The notes beneath the pieces are model-generated. The model was not told the DNA's origin. It saw only the letters and a list, made by a program, of their open reading frames with translations, and ran no database searches. 64,000 nucleotides of DNA from Gemmatimonadales bacterium. GTDB taxonomy: Bacteria > Gemmatimonadota > Gemmatimonadetes > Gemmatimonadales > GWC2-71-9. The stretch covers positions 32,001-96,000 of the forward strand of contig JBBQFH010000005.1 in NCBI GenBank assembly GCA_038321865.1. The letters are read 5' to 3'. The translations under genes and the position numbers were made by a program. Of the stretch, positions 18,581 through 28,129 are shown piece after piece (the first letter of the stretch is position 1; every line of letters starts with the position of its first letter).

Positions 18581-18985
18581 GTGCTGGTCCACGGCCTGAC
18601 GCCGATTCTCAACGTATCGAACCTCACGCAGAGCTTCGAGTGGTTCGCGAAGCTGGGCTGGACCAGGTGCTGGGACTGGGGCGACCCACCGAGCTTCGGT
18701 TCGGTCCAGAACGGCACGATCCAGATCTTCCTCTGCCTGGATGGACAGGGCTGCCGAGGCGGGCCGTCTCCCCGCTTTGCGGGAGACGATGAAACGGGCG
18801 GCACCTGGATGAGCTGGTGGGTCGACTCACCGGCGGCGGTGGATGCAGCACACGCGGCCGCGCTCGCCGCCGGCGTGACCGTCACCTGGCCGCCGACCGA
18901 TGAACCATGGGGGGTGCGTGAATGTCATGTTCGACATCCCGACGGTCACACCTTCCGCGTGAGCGCATCATTGGAGGAGGAGTGA
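18581..18985 (+). CDS. VOC/glyoxalase family protein
   Basis: 'TPILNVS', 'PTDEPWGVRECHVRHPDGHTFRV'; GGAGG RBS. Confidence 0.88.
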   Translation: MLVHGLTPILNVSNLTQSFEWFAKLGWTRCWDWGDPPSFGSVQNGTIQIFLCLDGQGCRGGPSPRFAGDDETGGTWMSWWVDSPAAVDAAHAAALAAGVTVTWPPTDEPWGVRECHVRHPDGHTFRVSASLEEE

Positions 18986-20205
18986 TCCAGCGCGCCCTGG
19001 CGATCGCGGTCCTCGCCGTGGGCCCCGCGGCTGGCACGGCCCAGGCCCAGCACCCGGCGCCGTTCCTGTATGTGTGGAGCGGCGACGCCGACAGGACCGA
19101 CAGCGATTTCCTCGCGGTCATAGACGCGCGGCCCGGGTCGCCGACGTATGCGCGCGTAATCTCGACCCTGCCGGTCGGCGCGCGGGCGACCGGTCCCCAC
19201 CACACCGAGCACCAGCTCGAGCGCGACCAGCTGCTGTTCGCCAACGGATTCGGTTCCGGTCGCACCTTCCGCTTCGACCTGACCCACCCCGGCCAGCCTC
19301 GGCTGCTCGGCTCCTTCACCGAAGAGGGCGGGTTCAATCATCCGCATTCGTTCGTGCGGCTGGCCAACGGACACCTGCTGGCCACCTTTCAGGGCCACGG
19401 TCCGAAGAACACTCCGCCCGGCGGACTGGTCGAGCTCGATCGCGAGGGCCGCTTCATTCGCGGCACCAGCGCCCGCTCCGCCGCGTTCGACAGCACCCAG
19501 CTGCGGCCGTACAGTCTGGCCGTACTGCCGGCGATCGACCGCGTCGTGTCCACCAGCACCGACATGACCGGCGATTTCGGCGCGCATCTCCAGATCTGGC
19601 GCCTGTCCGACCTCAGCCTGCTCCGGACCGTCGAGCTGCCGGCCACCGCCGCGAACGACGGCCATGTCCACGACGGCGCGATCAGCCCGCACGAGGATCA
19701 CCATCTCTTCCCCGGCGAGCCGCGCCTCCTCGCCGATGGCCGGACCGTGCTCCTCGCCACCTTCACCTGTGGCTTCTACCGGGTGACCGACATCGCCGCG
19801 CCCAGCCCCCACGTAGAGTTTCTCCGCGCCTTCGCCGGCGAGAACTGCGCGGTGCCGCTGCTGGTCGGTTCCACCTGGATTCAGACGGTGCCCGACGAGC
19901 ATGCCCTCATCACGCTCGATGTCTCCGACCCGGGCCGTCCACGGGAAACCGGTCGCGTCGTCTTCGATTCCCTGTTCGCGCCCCACTGGATGGCGTACGA
20001 CGCAGGCGGATCCCGCCTCGTCGTGAACGATGCCAAGACCCGCCTGTTCATCGTCGCGCTCGACCGCCGGACGGGCAGTCTCCGGATCGATGAGACGTTT
20101 CGTGATTCGGCGGCCGCGGTGGCCGGCGTCAGCTTCGCGCGCGCCCAGTGGCCGCACGGCGCCACCGGCCCCGCCGTGCCCCACGGTTCGGTGTTCGCAC
20201 GCTGA
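18982..20205 (+). CDS. Secreted SBP56/methanethiol-oxidase-like beta-propeller protein
   Basis: GTGA overlap; 'DFLAVIDARPGSPTY', 'PHHTEH', 'PHSF', 'PHW', 'WPHG...PHG'. Confidence 0.65.
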   Translation: MIQRALAIAVLAVGPAAGTAQAQHPAPFLYVWSGDADRTDSDFLAVIDARPGSPTYARVISTLPVGARATGPHHTEHQLERDQLLFANGFGSGRTFRFDLTHPGQPRLLGSFTEEGGFNHPHSFVRLANGHLLATFQGHGPKNTPPGGLVELDREGRFIRGTSARSAAFDSTQLRPYSLAVLPAIDRVVSTSTDMTGDFGAHLQIWRLSDLSLLRTVELPATAANDGHVHDGAISPHEDHHLFPGEPRLLADGRTVLLATFTCGFYRVTDIAAPSPHVEFLRAFAGENCAVPLLVGSTWIQTVPDEHALITLDVSDPGRPRETGRVVFDSLFAPHWMAYDAGGSRLVVNDAKTRLFIVALDRRTGSLRIDETFRDSAAAVAGVSFARAQWPHGATGPAVPHGSVFAR

Positions 20206-20241
20206 CCAGGCCCCGGCGCTACCGCGAGATCGACGACCCGT

Positions 20242-22146
20242 TCAGCGTGCCCGCGGTGCCGCACCCCAGCGGTTGTTCGTACTGTCCGCGTCCATCCAGA
20301 TCCCTCCCGCCAGCGCCACCGACGTGATCCGCTTCTTCGTCGGAATCACGACAGTCGTGCGCCGAGGGTTCGCCTTCCACACGGCTGCGCTCTGTCGCAG
20401 GGTGGCCGACGAGCCGTCGCTGTAGCCGACGTTCAGATCCACTGGCGCCGGCATCCCCCCGACGTTGTCGATCACGACCTGCCATCCGCGGGCGGTCCGG
20501 GTCACCCCTCCGACCGCGAAATCGATGTAGCTGGTGCTGAAGAACCACCCCTGCCAGAACCAGTCCAGGTTCCGGCCGGTGGCGCTGTTGAATGAATTGA
20601 AGAAGTCCCACGGAATAGGGTGCTTGCCGTGCCAGCGGTCCATGTACGCGTGAAGTCCTGCACGAAACAGTGAGTCGCCCAGCATCTCTTTGAGGGCGAG
20701 GTAACCCAGGGCCGGCTTGACGTAGCCGTTGTCGCCGGAGGCGTACGGCGTGACGATGGGGAGCTCGTCCTGGATCGGCGGGTTGTAGGTCCAGCCGTCG
20801 ACCCGGAACTGGCGGAAATTGTCGGCGGCCTTGGCAGGCCCCAGGTCGGCCTGCGACACCAGGTACTCGAAGGTCGTGGCCCACCCCTCGTCCATAAAGG
20901 CGTGGCGGGTTTCGTTGATGCCCATGTAGAAGGGGAACCAGGTGTGCGCGATCTCGTGCTCGGCGACGAAGCGCGAGAATGTCGTATCCGCGTAGCTCTC
21001 GTCGTTCACCATCATCGGGTATTCCATCCCGGCAAATCCCTCGACGACCGTGGTCTTCTCGTACGGGTACGGGACGCCGGGCCAGTTGCGCGAGAGCCAC
21101 TGGAGCCCGTGCGCCGCATAGCGCGCCATCTGGTGGTAGTCGGCCGCGGTGTCGTTGTAGGCCGCCTGCGCACTGGCCCGGCGGCCCGTCGCATCGTCCA
21201 CGACGACGCTCGTGGCGTCCCAGTCGTAGTGGTCACTCATGGCGAAGGTCATGTCGGGAACGTTGGTGGCCGTGAAGTGCCATGCGTTCATCGCCTGCTG
21301 CGCGGTAACGCGCCTGGCCGACAGATCGGCCGCCGTCGCGACACGAATCGTCGTATCCGAGGTGAGCGACTGTCGCAGCCGCTCCGCGATCGCGGGCTGG
21401 AGTACGTCCGCCGGATTCTGCAGCGTGCCGGTGCCCCAGACGACATAGTTGGCCGGCGCCTGCACCGTCACGTCGTAGTCGTTGAAGTCGCTGTAGAACT
21501 CGAGCCGGTCGTCGAACGAATAGGTGTCCCAGCCGTTGTAGTCGTCATAGACGGCGACGCGGGGATAGAAGTAGGCCAGGTAGAACGTCGTCGAATCGAT
21601 GGCCCCCTCCCGCCCGCTCTGCCGCGACATGTCGTAGTGCCACGCGAGGGCGAGATGCACCGAATCGTGCGGCATGAGCGGCGCGGGAAGGGCGACGAAC
21701 TGGCTGGTGAACACGTTGGCGTCCGGGGGCCACGCGGCCTTGTGGCCGTTCGCCGCGAAGGAGTCCACGTGGACGCCGGAGGTGAGGTAGTCGGCACCGG
21801 CGTTTCCGGCCCGTGCGGCCCCCGGCTTGTGGATGTTGACCAGCAGCTTGAACACCAGTCGCCGCAGCGTGTCCGGACTGTTGTTCGTGTACACGATCTG
21901 CTCGGTCCCGTAAATGGCCCGCGCCGGCGGCGCGGCCGTCACCGTGATGGTGTAGCGACCATGGTTCTGCCAGTAGGCGGCGCCGGGCCGGCCGTCGGGG
22001 GACCGCGTGTGCCGGACATAGGCGCGCTTCACGGCGCGCGGCTGGTACAGCGCCTGGGCAGTGGCTTCCTGCGCAGACAGGGCGGCGAGCAGCCCGATCA
22101 GTCCAAGGACCGTGAGGACGCTGGCGGATCGTGAGAGGCGGATCAT
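20242..22146 (-). CDS. M1 family metallo-aminopeptidase, secreted
   Basis: GMEYP; HEIAH-x18-E ('MDEG'); 'PGAAYWQN'. Confidence 0.92.
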   Translation of the reverse strand: MIRLSRSASVLTVLGLIGLLAALSAQEATAQALYQPRAVKRAYVRHTRSPDGRPGAAYWQNHGRYTITVTAAPPARAIYGTEQIVYTNNSPDTLRRLVFKLLVNIHKPGAARAGNAGADYLTSGVHVDSFAANGHKAAWPPDANVFTSQFVALPAPLMPHDSVHLALAWHYDMSRQSGREGAIDSTTFYLAYFYPRVAVYDDYNGWDTYSFDDRLEFYSDFNDYDVTVQAPANYVVWGTGTLQNPADVLQPAIAERLRQSLTSDTTIRVATAADLSARRVTAQQAMNAWHFTATNVPDMTFAMSDHYDWDATSVVVDDATGRRASAQAAYNDTAADYHQMARYAAHGLQWLSRNWPGVPYPYEKTTVVEGFAGMEYPMMVNDESYADTTFSRFVAEHEIAHTWFPFYMGINETRHAFMDEGWATTFEYLVSQADLGPAKAADNFRQFRVDGWTYNPPIQDELPIVTPYASGDNGYVKPALGYLALKEMLGDSLFRAGLHAYMDRWHGKHPIPWDFFNSFNSATGRNLDWFWQGWFFSTSYIDFAVGGVTRTARGWQVVIDNVGGMPAPVDLNVGYSDGSSATLRQSAAVWKANPRRTTVVIPTKKRITSVALAGGIWMDADSTNNRWGAAPRAR

Positions 22147-22249
22147 GGGCGATCGCTTTCGGCTCTGAAGGCGGCGGCGGACGGACGACCTCATCAAGTG
22201 TAGCGGAGACGGGTGGATCCTACGTGTCCGAAAGGAATTGGTTGCAGGA

Positions 22250-23698
22250 CTAGGCGACGGTGCCGCCGGCCGCGCGCGCGATGCCGCGCAGCATGCCGCG
22301 AAACACCAGTTCGTGGACCGGGTACAGGGCATACCAGTAGAGCCTGCCGGTCAGGCCCGACGGGTCGAAGGTGGCGGTTTGCCTGATCGTCGTCGTCGAG
22401 CCGTGGCCGACGACCTCGAACTCGAGCCACGCGCGGCCCGGCAGCTTCATCTCCGCCACCAGCCGGAGCCGCCGGTTCGGCTCGATCGCCTCGACGCGCC
22501 AGAAGTCGACCGGATCGCCGGCTCGGAGCGTCGACCGCGCCGGACGGCCGCGCCGCATCCCCACACCCCCGCCCAGCAGGTCCAGTGCGCCGCGCAGCCG
22601 CCAGAGCCAGTTCCAGGCGTACCACCCAGTATCACCTCCGATGCGCTCGATGGCACGAAAGGCCACGTCAGGCATCACGGCGACCACCGCACTGCGCGAG
22701 TCGCTCAGCCGCGCGTCTGGCGTCGCGTCGCTCCCGACCCGCGGTGCTCCAGCCGAAGACACGGCATCGTACCATCGCGTCTCGGCAGCGGCCTTCGCGT
22801 CACTTGCGATGGCGCGCCGCACCGCCTCCTCGACGCCGACCGGCCGGATGGCGAAGGCCGTCAGCGCTTCGGGATCCCGGACAACGGTGGAATGCACGAT
22901 GCTTTCGATGAGCTTGCGTCCGATGCGGGCGTACAGCGGGGTCACCAGGCCGAGCCAGAGGCTGGACACGAACGGCGTCAGCACGGGCACCGGAATCATG
23001 TGGCAGGGAAGCCCTCGCAGGCGGGCATAGACCCGCATGATATCGGCGTAGGACACCTGGTCGGCACCGCCTATCTCGTAGACCCGGCATTGGCGGGCCG
23101 AGAGGTTCAGCGCGAGCACCAGGTAGTCGAGGAGGTCGTCGATCGCGATCGGCTGGGCCGGCACCTTGACCCATCGCGGCGTGATCATCACCGGCAGGCG
23201 CTCGACCAGCGCGCGAATCATCTCGAACGACAAGCTATTCGATCCGATGACGATCGAGGCGCGAAACTCGACGACCGGAATGCCGGAGGCGCTCAGGATG
23301 CGGCCGACTTCGTGGCGGCTCCGGAGATGCGCCGACAGCCGCTCCTCCTCCCGTCCGAGTCCGCCGAGATAGATGATCCGCTCCACGCCGGCCGCCTTTG
23401 CCGCGGCGGCGAAATTGGTCGCCGCCTGCCGGTCGGCGGCTTCGAACGAGCCAGTTGCGCCCATCGAGTGCACGAGATAGTAGGCAACGGAGACACCCGT
23501 GAGCGCCGCGTCCAGGCTTGCGCGATCGAGCACGTCGCCGGCGACGATCTCGGTGGATGACTGCACCCGATGAGCCAGCACTTCCGGCCGGCGCGCCAGG
23601 CAGCGCAGCCGCGGGCCGCGGGCCTCGAGGCGCGCGAGCAGGCGTCCGCCGACGTAACCGGTGGCACCGGTCAGGAGGATGAGGGGCGAATCGGGCAC
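22250..23698 (-). CDS. NAD(P)-binding SDR + DUF2867 protein (YbjT-like)
   Basis: 'LLTGATGYVG', 'YYLVHSM', 'IGGDTGWY', 'EMKLPGRAWLEF'. Confidence 0.88.
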   Translation of the reverse strand: MPDSPLILLTGATGYVGGRLLARLEARGPRLRCLARRPEVLAHRVQSSTEIVAGDVLDRASLDAALTGVSVAYYLVHSMGATGSFEAADRQAATNFAAAAKAAGVERIIYLGGLGREEERLSAHLRSRHEVGRILSASGIPVVEFRASIVIGSNSLSFEMIRALVERLPVMITPRWVKVPAQPIAIDDLLDYLVLALNLSARQCRVYEIGGADQVSYADIMRVYARLRGLPCHMIPVPVLTPFVSSLWLGLVTPLYARIGRKLIESIVHSTVVRDPEALTAFAIRPVGVEEAVRRAIASDAKAAAETRWYDAVSSAGAPRVGSDATPDARLSDSRSAVVAVMPDVAFRAIERIGGDTGWYAWNWLWRLRGALDLLGGGVGMRRGRPARSTLRAGDPVDFWRVEAIEPNRRLRLVAEMKLPGRAWLEFEVVGHGSTTTIRQTATFDPSGLTGRLYWYALYPVHELVFRGMLRGIARAAGGTVA

Positions 23699-23824
23699 AG
23701 CGCAATGTACCCGGCGGCGGCGATCGGCGGGGAATGGCTGAGTGTGGCCACTATCACCGCATCCGCGGGTCGCATACGGCCACCTTGTGAAGGTATGTCG
23801 ATCCATCACCCTTCGGAGGTCATT

Positions 23825-24733
23825 ATGTCCCGCTTTTGCATGCATGCAGCACGCGTGGCCGCCGTGGCGATCGTCGCCCTGGTGATACCGCGCCATTCGG
23901 CGCAGGCGCAGGAGGCCCGCATGACCTGCGGCAGCACCTCCGACGTGCAGCAGACCTGCCGGACCAACAACTACATCACCGCGGCTCGGGTGGAGCGGGA
24001 CCTCAACGGGAACCGCTGCCGCCAGGGCTCGACCTGGGGCTTCAACAGCACGTCGATCTGGACCAACTCCGGCTGCCAGGCCGATTTCATTGTGACCTAC
24101 GGCAACGGCGGCGTCGGGGCGGGCTCGGGCGTTGCCGGCACCACGCGCACGATCCGCTGCGGCGACTCGCACGGCGCGCTCGTACAGTGCAGCACCGGCG
24201 GCGGAGCCAGCAGCGTCCGCCTGAAGAGTCAGCAGCTGATGGGCGCGTGCCGCGAAGGCACCAGCTGGGGGTTCACCGATGCCTACGTCTGGACCAGCAA
24301 GATGTGCATCGGCGATTTCGAAGTGACCTACAACGGCCAGCCCACCGTCTATTCGAACGGCAACGTACCGGGCGGCGTGATCCAGAATGGCACCGCGGGC
24401 ACGCGTATCATTACCTGCGGGGCCGGCACCGCCAACGCGAACGGCGGGTACGGAGTCGATAACGGCAACGGCAACGGCAACGGCAATGGTAACGGCAACG
24501 GCAACGGTAACGGCAACGGCAACCGCGGCTACGGCAACGGCAACGGTCGGGGGAATACCTTCTCCTGCGATGCCGGCGGCCGAATTGCGAGCGCGCGTCT
24601 GGTCCGGTCGGATAACGCACGGCGCTGCCGGCTGGGCAACAGCTGGGGCTTCACCCGGCGGCAGATCTGGACCAAGGCAGGGTGCCGTGGGGATTTCGAA
24701 GTCACCTACGCGGGCCAGTATCGCAATCAGTAG
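23825..24733 (+). CDS. Secreted protein with three DUF3011-like Cys-rich repeats and an Asn-Gly tract
   Basis: GGAGGT RBS; three 'C...C..G.SWGF....IW....C..DF.V' units. Confidence 0.8.
   Translation: MSRFCMHAARVAAVAIVALVIPRHSAQAQEARMTCGSTSDVQQTCRTNNYITAARVERDLNGNRCRQGSTWGFNSTSIWTNSGCQADFIVTYGNGGVGAGSGVAGTTRTIRCGDSHGALVQCSTGGGASSVRLKSQQLMGACREGTSWGFTDAYVWTSKMCIGDFEVTYNGQPTVYSNGNVPGGVIQNGTAGTRIITCGAGTANANGGYGVDNGNGNGNGNGNGNGNGNGNGNRGYGNGNGRGNTFSCDAGGRIASARLVRSDNARRCRLGNSWGFTRRQIWTKAGCRGDFEVTYAGQYRNQ
24461..24520 (+). repeat. Hexanucleotide tandem repeat (AAYGGY)10 encoding (NG)10
   Basis: aacggc x4, aatggt, aacggc x2, aacggt, aacggc x2. Confidence 0.95.
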
Positions 24734-24747
24734 ACCCGCCGGGCTCG

Positions 24748-24784
24748 CGGCCGTCGCATCGGGGCGTTCCCGGTGCGGCGGCCG
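24748..24784 (+). terminator. GC-rich 16-bp hairpin after the DUF3011 gene (possible terminator or processing site)
   Basis: CGGCCGTCGCATCGGG-GCGTT-CCCGGTGCGGCGGCCG (2 G-U pairs); no U tract. Confidence 0.4.
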
Positions 24785-24809
24785 ACGGCGCCGGGCACTA
24801 CCTTCCAGC

Positions 24810-26888
24810 ATGATCTCCCACCCATTTCGCCTGCTCTGCACCGTTGCGCTCCTTGCCGCAGGCGGGCGCGACGCCGGCGCGCAGCGCGCCATGCCTCGCC
24901 TGCAGCAGCTCCAGCGCCTGCTCACGGCCGAGGACGCACGCGGCCTCGGCGCCGACAGTGTGCAGCCGCTGATCGAGGGCGCGGGCGACCGCGATCCCGT
25001 GATCCGTCGCGTCGCCGTCCGGGGCATCGGCCGCCTCCAGCGACCGGAGATGGTGCCCCGCCTGACCGTGGCGCTGTCCGACGCGGTGCCGGCAGTGCGA
25101 GCCGAAGCCGCCAATGCCATCGCGCAGTCGGTTCGGCATCTCCGCCGCGCACCTGCCGCTGACCCTGGATGGAGATTCGCCCTCGACGGCGAACGCGCCC
25201 TGCTTTCCGCGCTCGGGCGTGAGCGGAACGACCCGGCGGCCGATGCGATCGCTGAGGCGGTCGGCCGCCTCCCATTCGACAGCAGCCGCGCACGTGCCGC
25301 CGAGCGGATGATCCGGGAGCGGGCGGGGTCGTCGCCCGGCTACGGGGCGCTGCACGCGTTCTACACGCTCGCGCTCGCCCGGCGGCAGACCGGGAATCTG
25401 GAGCCGGAGAGCATCGGCCGGCTGAAGACTGCTTCTCGCAGCGCAGCGGATCCTCGGGCTCGCCGCATGGCCATGCTGACGCTCGGCGTCTCCTCGGCGC
25501 TGGACAGCGGCACCACCCTGGCCGGGACCCGGGACGCGGACGACCAGGTGCGCCGGCTCGCACTGACCGGCGTCGCCGCGCTGCCGGCGGCGGTTCGCAG
25601 CGACATCCTGGCACGCGCCCTCCGTGATACCAGCATCATCGTCAGAGCGGCCGCCGTCGCGCTGGCACGCGCACGCGGCACGCCGGCCGAGTGCGCCGGG
25701 CTGATCGCCGCCACCGGCGATGCACATCCCTATGTCGCGATGGTCGCACTCGACTCGCTTGGCCCTCCGTGCCCGACCGACAGCGTCCGCGCGACGCTCG
25801 CAGCAGTGCTCGACCAACCGCGCACGGGGCTCCCCGCACACGCATGGCAGGCCCCCGCGCATGCGCTGGTCTCACTGGCGCGCGCAGATGCCGGTGCCGC
25901 CGCACCGTTCATCGAGCGGTTCGCCGCTGCTCCGCGGTGGCAGGAACGGCTCTACGCCGCGCGGTCAGCGGCGATCACGCATTCGGTCCCGCTGCTCCTG
26001 CGCCTTGCCGCCGACTCCGACGACAATGTGCGCGAGGCGGCCGTGGCCGGGCTGATCCCCCTGCAGCAGCATGCCGCGGATAGCGTGTACATCACGGTAC
26101 TCGGCTCCGAGGGAAACCAAGCCGTGCTGATGGCCGCGCAGGCGCTGGCCGGCTCGACTCATCCGGCGGCGGTGCCTGCGCTGTTTGCGGCACTCGATCG
26201 GCTCAGTGCCCGACGGAGTGAGAACCCCCGTGACCCGCGCCTCATGATTCTCCGCCGTATCGGCGAGCTCGGCCGACCGGCGGACAGCCTGCGGCTGGCA
26301 CCCTACACCGCCGCTTTTGATACGACGGTCGCCGCGATGGCGGGGGTGCTGCTGACCAGGTGGACGGGACATGCCGTAGCGGCCCGGCCGGCCCGGCTCC
26401 CAATCAGCCCGGTGCCGCTGGCGGCCGTCTATGCCAGCCCGGACGTTCGGCTCCGTGTCACCTTGGCGAAGGCCAGCGGCGGCGGATCGTTCGTGGTGCG
26501 CCTGTTCACCGACGAGGCCCCCGCCACCGCGGCGCGCATCATCGGCCTGGCGCGGTCACACTATTACGACGGTGTCGTGCTGCACCGGGTCGAGCCCAAC
26601 TTCGTCTGGCAGGGTGGCGGGCCGGGCGCATCCGAGTACATCGGGAATCCGCGATTCATGCGGGACGAGCTGGCGTGGCGTTCGCACCTGCGGGGAACGC
26701 TGGGTATCTCGTCCCGCGGACGCGACACCGGTGACGCGCAGTGGTTCCTCAACCTGGCGGACAACCCGCTGCTCGATCACGAGTACACCGTCTTCGGCGA
26801 GATCGTGTCCGGCCGCGCCGCGGCCGAGCGGATCGTCGAGGGCGACACGATCGCGCGGGTGGACGTGCTCGGCGCACCCGCGCGATAA
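24810..26888 (+). CDS. HEAT-repeat protein with C-terminal cyclophilin-type peptidyl-prolyl isomerase
   Basis: Signal peptide; repeated 'D.D..VRR.A' HEAT units; 'HYYDGVVLHRVEPNFVWQGG', 'YTVFGEIV'. Confidence 0.85.
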   Translation: MISHPFRLLCTVALLAAGGRDAGAQRAMPRLQQLQRLLTAEDARGLGADSVQPLIEGAGDRDPVIRRVAVRGIGRLQRPEMVPRLTVALSDAVPAVRAEAANAIAQSVRHLRRAPAADPGWRFALDGERALLSALGRERNDPAADAIAEAVGRLPFDSSRARAAERMIRERAGSSPGYGALHAFYTLALARRQTGNLEPESIGRLKTASRSAADPRARRMAMLTLGVSSALDSGTTLAGTRDADDQVRRLALTGVAALPAAVRSDILARALRDTSIIVRAAAVALARARGTPAECAGLIAATGDAHPYVAMVALDSLGPPCPTDSVRATLAAVLDQPRTGLPAHAWQAPAHALVSLARADAGAAAPFIERFAAAPRWQERLYAARSAAITHSVPLLLRLAADSDDNVREAAVAGLIPLQQHAADSVYITVLGSEGNQAVLMAAQALAGSTHPAAVPALFAALDRLSARRSENPRDPRLMILRRIGELGRPADSLRLAPYTAAFDTTVAAMAGVLLTRWTGHAVAARPARLPISPVPLAAVYASPDVRLRVTLAKASGGGSFVVRLFTDEAPATAARIIGLARSHYYDGVVLHRVEPNFVWQGGGPGASEYIGNPRFMRDELAWRSHLRGTLGISSRGRDTGDAQWFLNLADNPLLDHEYTVFGEIVSGRAAAERIVEGDTIARVDVLGAPAR

Positions 26889-26893
26889 TTCGC

Positions 26894-27442
26894 TCAGGTC
26901 GCCTTGCGGTGGTAGGTGACTTCGACCGTCGCGGGATTTCCGGCATCGTTGAGGATGTCGGAGTGTCCCACGAACTCGTCCGGACCCTTGCGAATGAAAC
27001 TGGTCGTTCGCGGCTGCGTGGACATCACGCCCTTCTCGAAGGGCGTGGCATTGGTGAAGATGTCGCGGTCGGCCAGGTGCGACGTGAGCCGCATGTTCTG
27101 CCTGAACACCGGCTCGTAGGCCTCGAGCTCGGCTGAGAAGTGCCGGAACCGCATCTGCACGCCGTCCGCGGCGTCCGTGATGGTCAGGAGCTCGACGACG
27201 AGCACCTTCCCCTGCTCATCCACCAGCCGCATGGTGCCGGTCATCAGCCCGGCCTTCGGCGTGCTGAAGCTGATGTCGGCGACGGCCGTCATCCCGGTCA
27301 TCCGGCCCTCCCAGGTACCGGTGAGCCAGCCGAAATCGGCGGTGGTCGCGCGCGCCGCGGGCATGACGCCCTGGGCGGCCGCCGCGGCCGCCATGAGCAT
27401 CAGCGCCAGCGCGCAGCCGAGGGATTTCGCAACAGACGGCAT
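26894..27442 (-). CDS. Secreted DUF6265-like protein
   Basis: Signal peptide; 'FGWLTGTWEG', 'MRFRHF'; AAGGAG RBS. Confidence 0.65.
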   Translation of the reverse strand: MPSVAKSLGCALALMLMAAAAAAQGVMPAARATTADFGWLTGTWEGRMTGMTAVADISFSTPKAGLMTGTMRLVDEQGKVLVVELLTITDAADGVQMRFRHFSAELEAYEPVFRQNMRLTSHLADRDIFTNATPFEKGVMSTQPRTTSFIRKGPDEFVGHSDILNDAGNPATVEVTYHRKAT

Positions 27443-27453
27443 GGAAAGCTCCT

Positions 27454-28047
27454 TCAGTGGGTGGGACCGCGATCGAGACTTCGGATGTATCGTTCCAGCT
27501 GGGCCACCGACGCGTCGAACAGCTCCACGCTCCGGTGGGTGCGCGCCTGCATCACGGCGCCTTCCATGACGGTGAGGACCAGCGTGGCCAGTCCCGCGCG
27601 GTCGGTGTCGGCCGGGAGGCGCTCGCCGGCCGCCTCGAAGCACTGCTGGATGGCGGCCCGCCACTGCTCAAAGTTTTGGGCGATCCTGTCGCGGGCCGCG
27701 GGTGAGCTCTCGCCGACCTCGAGCGCCAGGCTGCCGATCGGACAGGAATAGGTGCACCCGGAGCTCCGGACGCGTTCGCGGTAGTCCTCGAGCACGGCGA
27801 ATACGCGCTCGATCGGATCCTCCGTCCGGCCAAACGCCGGATTCATGACGATCGGCCACAGGCCGGCCAGGTAGGCATCCAGCACCGCGAGCAGCAACGC
27901 TTCCTTGCCGTTGAAGCAGTGATAGAGGCTGCCGCTGTTCGCATTGGCCGCCTCCAGCACCTGGCCGATGCTGGTCGCCTCGTAACCCTGACGATGGAAG
28001 AGCTCCATCGCGGCGAAAACGATCCGGTCCCGGGTGGGCGTCGCCAT
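27454..28047 (-). CDS. TetR/AcrR family regulator (NemR/LmrA-like C-terminus)
   Basis: 'AAMELFHRQGYEATSIGQVL...GSLYHCFNGKE', 'SCPIG', 'MEGA'. Confidence 0.92.
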   Translation of the reverse strand: MATPTRDRIVFAAMELFHRQGYEATSIGQVLEAANANSGSLYHCFNGKEALLLAVLDAYLAGLWPIVMNPAFGRTEDPIERVFAVLEDYRERVRSSGCTYSCPIGSLALEVGESSPAARDRIAQNFEQWRAAIQQCFEAAGERLPADTDRAGLATLVLTVMEGAVMQARTHRSVELFDASVAQLERYIRSLDRGPTH

Positions 28048-28060
28048 GAACACTGCTCCC

Positions 28061-28080
28061 TTGGTTGAACGATCAATCAA
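28061..28080. promoter_or_regulatory. Putative TetR operator (palindrome)
   Basis: TTGGTTGAACGATCAATCAA, 16/20 self-complementary, AT-rich, 13 bp upstream of tetR start in the divergent gap. Confidence 0.7.
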
Positions 28081-28129
28081 GGTGGAGCAGCCCGCTGTTC
28101 CCCGCAAGGCCCCGGGCCGAGGAAAGGCC

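Noticed and set aside
24461..24547. CRISPR-like or phase-variation repeat
   Set aside because: In-frame coding hexamer with no spacers; slippage would not shift the frame.
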